A stretch of DNA of 64,000 nt, taken from Macrostomum lignano. Its lineage: Eukaryota. A model generated the notes under the pieces. The model saw nothing but the letters and a program-made list of their open reading frames with translations. It made no database searches and was not told the DNA's origin. Location: contig NIVC01001639.1 in NCBI GenBank assembly GCA_002269645.1, positions 92,201 to 156,200 on the forward strand. Direction: 5' to 3'. Position 1 is the first letter of the stretch; every line of letters begins with the position of its first letter. Both the position numbers and the translations under genes were made by a program. Positions 10,763 through 22,300 of this stretch are shown in pieces.

Positions 10763-13421
10763 ATGTCTTCGTCTGAGCATCAGCACAGCTTCCTGGACGC
10801 ATTCTTCGCCATCGACACGGACAACAGCGAGGAGATCACCGTGGACGAGCTCAGAGCCTACATGGAGAAGAACAACTTCGAAGATACTTTTGTACAGGTG
10901 CGAATTTTTCACTGCACGATTAGGAGACTCTGAATAAACATTCTGGTTGATTGGAACTGCTCATTCTTACATAGATATTCGGAGAGTCAGCCTGTGGGTC
11001 ATAAAACACAGGCAGAGTCAGATAAGCCAGGGGTCATGGGTCATAAAACACAGGCAGAGTCAGATAAGCCAGGGGGTCATGGGTCATAAAACACAGGCAG
11101 AGTCAGATAAGCCAGTGAGTCATGGGTCATAAAACACAGGCAGAGTCAGATAAGCCAGGGGGTCATGGGTCATAAAACACAGGCAGAGTCAGATAAGTCA
11201 GGGGGTCATGAGTCATAAAACACAGACAGAGTCAGATAATCCAGGGGGTCATGGGTCATAGAACACAGGCAGAGTCAGTTAAGCCAGGGGATCATGGGTC
11301 ATAAAACACAGGCAGAGTCAGATAAGCCAGGGGTCATGGATCATAAAACACAGGAACCATCTGACTCAATCTGTGAATGCAAGTCCTCAGTTCCTGTTAA
11401 ACTTCTCAAGCTCAGTCCTATTTAAACCGCCATTTTCAGAAGTGGCTGGCCATCTTCGACCAGCAACACTTGGGCCGAATCACTCTGGAGAACTACTGCG
11501 ATGTGCTCGGGCTGATAACTAAGAAAGCGTGAGTCCTGGCGACTCTCCCAATTTCCTCACTGAATTATAAATTGCCTTCGCGGGTGCAGGAATTTTTTTA
11601 TCAATTTCTTCGCCATCTCCTTTCCTCGGAGCCTTTAGTCTTGAAGCGGTTCAGTGATTCGACTAGTTAGAGTGGGAAATCGAATTTCAATAGCGGCTAT
11701 GGAAATAGCGCGGAATGATTTATTACTAAAGCCGTGGTCTGGCAGAGCTGCATCATAATGCATGAATTAGATTAGCAATCCATTCTATTCACCCATATCC
11801 ATGTAGGCTAGATTAGCAATCCATTCTATTCCCTCATATCCATGTAGGCTAGATTAGCAATCCATTCTATTCCCCCATATCCATGTAGGCTAGATTAGCA
11901 ATCCATTCTATTCACCCATATCCATGTAGGCTAGATTAGCAATCCATTCTATTCCCTCATATCCATGTAGGCTAGATTAGCAATCCATTCTATTCCCCCT
12001 ATATCCATGTAGGCTAGATTAGCAATCCATTCTATTCACCCATATCCATGTAGGCTAGATTAGCAATCATCTCTAATCCAGCATCGGTGTTGGCTAGATT
12101 AGCAATCCACTCTAATGCAGCATCGGTGTTGGCTAGATTAGCAATCCACTCTTATCCAGTATCGGTGTTGGCTAGATTAGCAATCCACTCTTATCCAGCA
12201 TCGGTGTTGGCTAGATTAGCAATCCACTCTAATACAGCATCGGTGCTGGCTAGATTAGCAATCCACTCTTATCCAGCATCGGTGTTGGCTAGATTAGCAA
12301 TCCACTCTTATCCAGCATCGGTGTTGGCTAGATTAGCAATCCACTCTAATACAGCATCGGTGCTGGCTAGATTAGCAATCCACTCTTATCCAGCATCGGT
12401 GTTGGCTAGATTAGCAATCCACTCTTATCCAGCATCGGTGTTGGCTAGATTAGCAATCCACTCTAATACAGCATCGGTGCTGGCTAGATTAGCAATCCAC
12501 TCTAATCCAGTATCGGTGTTGGCTAGATTAGCAATCCACTCTTATCCAGTATCGGTGTTGGCTAGATTAGCAATCCACTCTAATGCAGCATCGGTGTTGG
12601 CTAGATTAGCAATCCACTCTAATACAGTATCGGTGTTGGCTAGATTAGCAATCCACTCTAATGCAGCATCGGTGTTGGCTAGATTAGCAATCCACTCTTA
12701 TCCAGCATCGGAGTTGGCTAGATTAGCAATCCACTCTAATGCAGTATCGGTGTTGGCTAGATTAGCAATCCACTCTAATGCAGTATCGGTGTTGGCTAGA
12801 TTAGCAATCCACTCTAATGCAGTATCGGTGTTGGCTAGATTAGCAATCCACTCTAATGCAGCATCGGTGTTGGCTAGATTAGCAATCCACTCTTATCCAG
12901 CATCGGTGTTGGCTAGATTAGCAATCCACTCTAATACAGTATCGGTGTTGGCTAGATTAGCAATCCACTCTAATGCAGCATCGGTGTTGGCTAGATTAGC
13001 AATCCACTCTTATCCAGCATCGGAGTTGGCTAGATTAGCAATCCACTCTTATCCAGTATCGGTGTTGGCTAGATTAGCAATCCCTCAACTGCCCCGCAGG
13101 CGGGCTTACCGCTCCAAGAGCGTATTCGCGGTCCAGAAGCGCAGCCTGCCCAGCAGTGTGCAGGTGATTTACAACGACATGCCGCCCGACAGGCAGGCAG
13201 AAGCGTTCTTCATCGTCAAGGAGAGTCTGGAAGAATCGCCGCAGCCGAAGCAGCTGCCCAGAATGGTGAAGCAGCTGCTGGACGACCAGTTTGGCAGACT
13301 GTTCCACGTGGTGATCGTCCGCGGTCAGTACTGGAACCTCGTGTCGCACGAGCCCGGCTTCTGTTTCATATTTAAGTACCAGGAGGCCGTGTACCTGCTC
13401 TGGAGAACCCCAATGGAGTGA
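10763..13421 (+). CDS. Tegumental allergen-like (TAL) protein: two EF-hands plus C-terminal dynein-light-chain-like domain, 181 aa
   Basis: Exons 10763-10897 (MSSSEHQHSFLDAFFAIDTDNSEEITVDELRAYMEKNNFEDTFVQ), 11440-11528 (KWLAIFDQQHLGRITLENYCDVLGL), 13100-13421 (LKQLLDD-like VKQLLDDQFGRLFHVVIVRGQYW...FCFIFKYQEAVYLLWRTP). Phases 0 and 2 are consistent and the total is 546 nt. Confidence 0.9.
10985..11355. repeat. 36-37 bp minisatellite in TAL intron 1
   Basis: About 10 copies of gggtcataaaacacaggcagagtcagataagccagg. Confidence 0.92.
11760..13082. repeat. Compound minisatellite (41-42 bp, then 33 bp unit) in TAL intron 2
   Basis: ggctagattagcaatccattctattc.. units to ~12065, then ~30 copies of gcatcggtgttggctagattagcaatccactc(t/a).. 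Confidence 0.93.
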
Positions 13422-14647
13422 ACTGCATTCATTATATTAGTGTAGTTGTGTTGGTGCAATTTTAAATTAACAGAAACATTCATTCTACGAGCGTACATGC
13501 TGATGTCGGCTACTCAAATCGCTTCAAGTTCTTGTTTTTTTGAGTTCACTTTGATTCATCCATGAGCAGAGACACTTGCAGCTAGGTGTGCCACGCCCAC
13601 GAGCCTGCTCACTCGCGACAGCAATTGCCTGTCGAGCTGCATAATGACAGAGTAAGTAAAGAGGAATTCCAGACGTGTTGAGAAGGTTGTCAGTTCTGCT
13701 TTTAATTCATTTTTTGCTTGCTAATGCAGCAATTATTTCTTACCAACCCCAAGCACCCGTCCTCCGATCTCGAGAGCGGCCTTATATTACTGTCTGCCTA
13801 AGCTTCGTTCTCCAGTAAATTTACGAATAAGTACAAAATGCAAAACAATTTTAGATTAATAAAAAAATTGCAAATTTTTAGAGCGTCCATTGCTGGAGAA
13901 ATGCAAACTATTGCGCTTATTAACTACTTTAAGTAGCTAAACATTCTTTTCGTTGATACGAGTAGCTCGTATAACATAATTTAACAGGGAACTTCGCGCG
14001 TGTGGAAGTACCAGGTATCTGCGAGTATGTAGTGGATAGAAGGGCCTACCTACGTGTTTTTAGGAAGCAAGCAGTCCTGAGCACATTCAAGCACGCCAAT
14101 ACTGTACGAAGGCACGCACTCATACGGGGTGTACAATGCAGACATCTCATCATCAGACATGTACAAGCGTACGCGGACAGCTCGCTGCAAGAAAAACGTG
14201 TTAGAAACCTTTTGACGCATCGAAATTCTAGGCGACATGGATTCAAATTTAAAAGACAACTCGCAAAATACTACTGATAACCAGTAGGATAACGAGGAAA
14301 AACTTTATTACGTAAAATTATAACCAGGAAGAATGATGTAGACTATCTTGTTTGACATGCGATTGAAACAGTGAGACAGCTCAAGGACCGGCCACCGATC
14401 TTTCAGGGCAGGCGGGGCTAGGAAAGACTAGCCGCTCCCTTTGGACAACGCGGAAGCTCCGATTTCTGTCAGAGATAAGCCCCCTGCCATCTCCGGCGTA
14501 GCTTTGCAGAGCCCTCTGGCCTGAGCGTCTGCCTGAGCAAAGATTGAAGAAGATTCAATCTGCGCTGCGAGACTCCTGCTGCTGGGTGGCGGCGGTTTCC
14601 TGACACATTTTCTTGAGCAGTTGTGATGGCGGCGTTCGAGCATATTG

Positions 14648-15456
<809 letters not shown>

Positions 15457-16099
15457 GTTTATTCATACGGCCTATTGAAACGCATCTGCAGACCTTCTAA
15501 AAGCGGGCTGCAAACCCAGAGCTTATTGGCAAACAGATTTCAATCAGAATTCTTCAATCTTTCCGCCCCATTACGGTGGCTCGGTGATCCGAAATCCGCA
15601 CCAAGCCATAAAGCTCAAACGGAGCGACTTGAGCACTCAAATTATCATAATTTAATTTTACGACCCAGTTCACCTGAGCGCGCCGTCAAAACTTGGGAGC
15701 TGGGATTTTTGTGCCGAACGGAGAGGGAAATCGAGGCCGGGGATCAAAACGAGCAGCGGGCCGTGACGAGACGCTCTGCGATGGGATTTGGGATTCCAAT
15801 AGTATTGGGGGTGGGGATAAATGACTTTGAATTCCCACTTCCTCAAGGTGAGAGGCATGCAGTTTAGTTAAACATTTCAACTTTCGTGTCAGTAAGCGGA
15901 GCCGCTGTGCTGAATTGACTTTTATATTGAAGACCCTGTCATCCTGGTATCTCTGTCGGGTTGTTGTGCAACCCTTGATGGCCTTGACTCAAACACCTGG
16001 CACACCTGGAACCCATGTAAACTCGTGTATGTATGGAACCCCATGGAAACAGGAATGTAAACCCTTTAACTACGAATTTAAACTACAGGAACCATTCAT

Positions 16100-18006
16100 T
16101 TTGTGGGAAACCAACCATTGTGTATGGGAAACCACTAATGACTACGGTAAGGAACCATTGTGTATGGGAAACCACTGGAACCATTGTGTATGGGAAACCA
16201 CTAATGACTAAGGTAAGGAACCATTGTGTATGGGAAACCAATAGGGAACCATTTTGTATGGGAAACCACTGATGACTAAGGAACCATTGTGTATGGGAAA
16301 CCACTGGAACCATTGTGTATGGGAAACCACTGGGGAACCATTGTGTATGGGAAACCACTAATGACTAAGGTAAGGAACCATTGTGTATGGGAAACCACTG
16401 GAACCATTGTGTATGGGAAACCACTAATGACTAAGGTAAGGAACCATTGTGTATGGGAAACCACTAATGACTAAGGTAAGGAACCATTGTGTATGGGAAA
16501 CCACTAATGACTAAGGTAAGGAACCATTGTGTATGGGAAACCACTAATGACTAAGGTAAGGAACCATTGTGTATGGGAAACCACTAATGACTAAGGTAAG
16601 GAACCATTGTGTATGGGAAACCAATAGGGAACCATTTTGTATGGGAAACCACTGATGACTAAGGAACCATTGTGTATGGGAAACCACTGGAACCATTGTG
16701 TATGGGAAACCACTGGGGAACCATTGTGTATGGGAAACCACTGGAGCCATTCTGTATGGGAAACCACTGGGGAACCATTGTGTATGGGAAACCACTGGAG
16801 CCATTGTGTATGGGAAACCACTGATGACTAAGGAACCATTGTGTATGGGAAACCACTGATGACTAAGGAACCATTGTGTATGGGAAACCACTAATGACTA
16901 AGGTAAGGAACCATTGTGTATGGGAAACCAATAGGGAACCATTTTGTATGGGAAACCACTGATGACTAAGGAACCATTGTGTATGGGAAACCACTGGAAC
17001 CATTGTGTATGGGAAACCACTGGGGAACCATTGTGTATGGGAAACCACTAATGACTGAGGAACCATTGTGTATGGGAAACCACTAGGGAACCATTGTGTA
17101 TGGGAAACCACTAGGGAACCATTGTGTATGGGAAACCACTAGGGAACCATTGTGTATGGGAAACCACTGGGGAATCATTGTGTATGGGAAACCACTGGGG
17201 AATCATTGTGTATGGGAAACCACTGGGGAATCATTGTGTATGGGAAACCACTGGGGAATCATTGTGTATGGGAAACCACTGGGAAACCATTGTGTATGGG
17301 AAACCACTGGGGAATCATTGTGTATGGGAAACCACTAGGGAACCATTGTGTATGGGAAACCACTAGGGAACCATTGTGTATGGGAAAACACTGGGGAATC
17401 ATTGTGTATGGGAAACCACTGGGGAACCATTGTGTATGGGAAACCACTGGGGAATCATTGTGTATGGGAAACCACTGGGGAATCATTGTGTATGGGAAAC
17501 CACTGGGGAATCATTGTGTATGGGAAACCACTGGGGAATCATTGTGTATGGGAAACCACTGGGGAACCATTGTGTATGGGAAAACACTGGGGAATCATTG
17601 TGTATGGGAAACCACTAGGGAACCATTGTGTATGGGAAACCACTAGGGAACCATTGTGTATGGGAAAACACTGGGGAATCATTGTGTATGGGAAAACACT
17701 GGGGAACCATTGTGTATGGGAAACCACTGGGGAACCATTTTGTATGGGAAACCACTGGGGAACCATTGTGTATGGGAAAACACTGGGGAATCATTGTGTA
17801 TGGGAAAACATTGGGGAACCATTGTGTATGGGAAACCACTGGGGAACCATTTTGTATGGGAAAACACTGGGGAATCATTGTGTATGGGAAACCACTGGAA
17901 CCATTGTGTATGGGAAACCACTGGAACCATTGTGTATGGGAAACCACTAGGGAACCATTGTGTATGGGAAACCACTAGGGAATCATTGTGTATGGGAAAC
18001 CACTAG
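16100..18006. repeat. ~26-30 bp minisatellite upstream of Meis
   Basis: Roughly 60-70 copies of ggaaccattgtgtatgggaaaccact with variable spacers. Confidence 0.95.
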
Positions 18007-19396
18007 AACTCATAAATTTCTATTGATCATTCATTTCAATGCGCAAAATCTCATCGCAACTTTAATTTCATGCCATCTTATCAAATCCATCTCCACTGTA
18101 ATGAGGCTGCTGTCTTCAAAAAAACGAATCCCTAGAAGATATCGATGCCATCAAGGTCTCATTTTGCTTCAACTGAAGCAGCCGCCTGCCTGCCTGCGTG
18201 CCGGTCTGTCTGTCATTGCTGGCAAAGGCCGGAACCGCTGGATTTGCCTGACAGGGCCTTTGCGTGCTGCAGATCTTGCGCTGCAGATTCTGCCTGCAAG
18301 AAATTGTCTTTTGTGGGGCCGGAAGCGGAAAATTTGTCTGTCTTCAATTGTTTCCAAGCAATTTCCTGGACTATAGCCCGAGCGAAATGACATCAGGCTG
18401 TCTGCTTTCATCTGCTTCAAGCGTTGCTTTGATTTAAAAAAATCTTTTTTGTTGCCTGGCGCCGCCGCCGCCGCCATCCTCAGAATGAGGAGTTTGAGGC
18501 GGGTTGGAGGGAGGAGAACTCATCCCAAAAAAACATTGAACAGAAAAATAATTGAAACTGGAATAACAAAAGGCCAAACTGTGAGGCAAGAAGTATACAC
18601 GGCATAAAACACATATTACATATTAGGCTAGGTGAGGTAAGTGAGCCTGATGAAGTGCTCCGCATCCTCAGCACTGGACCCCCCCCCGATGTCCCTGCGA
18701 TTCTCCTGTCAGACAGCCTCCCAAATCACTGTACTGCCCGGGGTCATGATGAAGCATCCGATAGATTTCATCGCTGACTTGACTACAAAACGCATGTGCA
18801 TTGATTCACAGGCAGCTGAGCTGTTAGACCTCAACATCCCGGAATATTAGGCTAATCCCCACAGCCAGGCAACCCAATAATATCCTCCCAGACCCGATGG
18901 TTGGCGAATAGCGGCCTGGCAGTGGATCCGCCAGGGCGAGCCGCCATTGGCCAGCAGGCGGCTCCGGTGGTCCGCAGCCCCCACCTCCTCTTGTCCCGGA
19001 TTTCAAGCCGCGCCATTCTAAAAACGTCAAATAAGCCTTTGCTAAAACTGACAGTTGAGGCTCCCCGACCTTCTCCTGATTGAATTTACTTTTGCCAAAG
19101 AGACAGTTCCCACCGCCAGAAGACCGCAACCGGCTTCTTGTTAAAGATTAATAAAACAATCCAAGAGACGGAAACACACAGAGAGAACCGCGTCACAAAC
19201 AAGACCATCGGAGTCTGAGGAAGCTGCATCGCACACAGGAGAATTTCCCCGAGGCTGACCAAGCCAGCCTGCAGTCCCAACTCTGTTCTGTATTTAAGAA
19301 TTGTCACTTTCAATTAGCTGCTAATTGGACAGCTGAATCGGCTGGGGCCGCCGCCAACTTTTGCAAAGCACAGACAGAGAGAGAGGAGAACTCCTT

Positions 19397-22300
19397 ATGA
19401 CTTCTCAGTCGCAGCAGCATATGGTGAGCTGTTTAGCCAGTGACAGTCTCAAATTTGTAGGGTTATGTCATCATTAGAGATTGCTCTGTGGTGCACTAAT
19501 GCTTCCATCCAGAATTATAAACTCATCTATCAGCTCATATGGAAATTTTGTGCTTTATCTTTTTCATTATCGATTCTCTGATGACATTGAATAGTCTCAT
19601 TCGATCTAGTCTCATTGTATCTAGTCTCATTGTATCTAGTCTCATTCTTTCTAGTCTCATTCTATCTAGTCTCATTCTATCTAGTCTCATTCTATCTAGT
19701 CTCATTCTATCTAGTCTCATTCTATCTAGTCTCATTCTATCTAGTCTCATTCTATCTAGTCTCATTCTATCTAGTCTCATTCTATCTAGTCTCATTCTAT
19801 CTAGTCTCATTCTATCTAGTCTCATTCTATCTAGTCTCATTCTATCTAGTCTCATTCTATCTAGTCTCATTCTATCTAGTCTCATTCTATCTAGTCTCAT
19901 TCTATCTAGTCTCATTCTATCTAGTCTCATTCTATCTAGTCTCATTCTATCTAGTCTCATTCTATCTAGTCTCATTCTATCTAGTCTCATTCTATCTAGT
20001 CTCATTCTATCTAGTCTCATTCTATCTAGTCTCATTCTATCTAGTCTCATTCTATCTAGTCTCATTCTATCTAGTCTCCATTTTATCTAGTCTCATTCTA
20101 TCTATAGTCTCATTCTATCTATAGTCTCATTCTATCTATAGTCTCATTCTATCAAGTCTCATTCTATCTAGTCTCATTCTATCTAGTCTCATTCTATCTA
20201 GTCTCATTCTATCTAGTCTCCATTTTATCTAGTCTCATTCTATCTATAGTCTCATTTTATCTATAGTCTCATTCTATCTAGTCTCATTCTATCTAGTCTC
20301 CTTCTATCTATAGTCTCATTCTATCTAGTCTCATTCTATCTAGTCTCATTCTATCTAGTCTCCTCTTTCCATCTCATGTCTCCACGGTCCTCCTCAGCCT
20401 CCCATTCCTCATCCGCAAAAGCCCATTCTCTGCAATCCTCACCACCCACCGCAGTTATCCTTGGCTTCTGATGGAGTTGAGGACTTCAATAGCGCTGGCG
20501 CTTACGCGGCAGCAGCTGCCAGCAACTCGGCCTCATCCTGCACCCCGAACTCGGCAGGAGACGCTGCCTCGGTGGGCTCCAACTCCGTAGTTCAAGCGGC
20601 GGCCGCCGCTATGGCAGCGGCAGCGGCAGCGGCTGCAGCGGCGTCAACATCGGCATCAAGCGTCGGAGTCGGGCACTTCAACAACAGCGCCAACAGTTGC
20701 AGCGCTGGAGGCAGCCCGCACCATCCGGGAGGGCAGGACGAGTTGAACAAAGGCCGAGACCAGATGTTCAAGTGAGTGCACAGGTATACAGTATATAGAA
20801 CAGGTGTACCACCGGGGATAGTGACCGGCTTGCACTGGTAGTTGCATTGGTGTGACAGGCAGTTAAAAGAGAGAGACCGGCTTTCCTGCAGTGACAGTTG
20901 CATTGGTGTGACAGACAGGTGAGAGAGAGACCGGTATTCCTGCAGTGACAGTTGCATTGGTGTGACAGACAGGTGAGAGAGAGACCGGCTTTCCTGCAGT
21001 GACAGTTGCATTGGTGTGAGAGACAGGTGAGAGAGAGACCGGTATTCCTGCAGTGACAGTTGCATTTTTGTGACAGACAGGTGAGAGAGAGACCGGCTTT
21101 CCTGCAGTGACAGTTGCATTGGTGTGAGAGACAGGTGAGAGAGAGACCGGTATTCCTGCAGTGACAGTTGCATTTTTGTGACAGACAGGTGAGAGAGAGA
21201 CCGGCTTTCCTGCAGTGACAGTTGCATTGGTGTGACAGACAGGTGAGAGAGAGACCGGCTTTCCTGCAGTGACAGTTGCATTGGTGTGACAGACAGGTGA
21301 GAGAGAGACCGGCTTTCCTGCAGTGACAGTTGCATTGGTGTGACAGGCAAAAAAAGGCAGGTTTTCCAGTGACAGTTACTCAGACGTGACAGAGCCATAT
21401 CACTATATATCAAGGGACCGTGAATCTTTGACCCCTCCGGTTTATCAGAGGCCGCCCCCCGTTGATCCCAGGATTAAGAAAACCGCCGTTTCATGGCTGG
21501 CTGCCACATGCAACCTGAGCAGGCATATGGGGTCCGCAATCTCTTGTATTGTATACTACTGATAAAGCGGTAGGGTGCCCGCGGTGAGCGCAAGTTCACC
21601 GTCTCCTGCACACACACAAGTATATATGCACACATACATATATATGGAAGCAGATAGCGATAAGCTCGCGGGCAAACAGACCTGCAGGGTTGGCCAGATA
21701 TAGATGGAGCTGAGCTGCTGACTTTTCATTCCCAGCGCCCATCGGGTTGGGAATAAATTCAAATAATATTGGGAACGGCTTCTTGACCCACTTCCCTGAG
21801 ATTGCAGGGCCGCGAGCAGTCACTTCGCCACGATATTTAAACTGTTTCAACAACTGATGTGCGCGCCTATAGCGTGATTTATGACCTAGTCGGAATGCCT
21901 TTGATGATGCTGCAATGTATAAATATAATGCACTAGGCGTCTGCAGATGACAGTCATAAGTGGCTATTTTATTGACATGGCATGGGAAGGCAGGAGCGAA
22001 TATCGAAAGGTTAAGAGCTATGGAGAAAGGATATTGCAGGCTGTGAATAGGGACAAAGACAGAAGAGACAGGGAGAGATAGAGATGGGCAGGGAGTGAGA
22101 TAGAGATGTGCAGGGAGAGAGATAGAGATGGGCAGGGAGTGAGATAGAGACGTGCAGGGAGAGAGATAGAGATGGGCAGGGAGTGAGATAGAGATGGGCA
22201 GGGAGAGAGATCGAGATGGACAGGGAGAGAGATAGAGATGGGCAGGGAGTGAGATAGAGATGGACAGGGAGTGAGATGGGCAGGGAGAGAGATAGAGATG

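Noticed and set aside
14002-14277. Several 65-91 aa ORFs in unique sequence
   Set aside because: No domain motif or convincing splice signals in any frame.
16100-18006. CRISPR-like appearance and CTGATGA..GAAAC hammerhead-like words in the 16-18 kb array
   Set aside because: No unique spacers and no cas genes in a eukaryotic context; no NUH cleavage triplet or stem III follows GAAAC, and most units read CTAATGA.
18646-18680. CTGATGAA followed by a GTGCT/AGCAC stem (hammerhead-like)
   Set aside because: The stem is followed by TGGA rather than the required GAAA core.
18746-18850. Short ORF MMKHPIDFIADLTTKRMCIDSQ.. upstream of Meis (possible uORF or first exon)
   Set aside because: No donor site, no similarity to Meis N-termini, and the transcription start is unknown.
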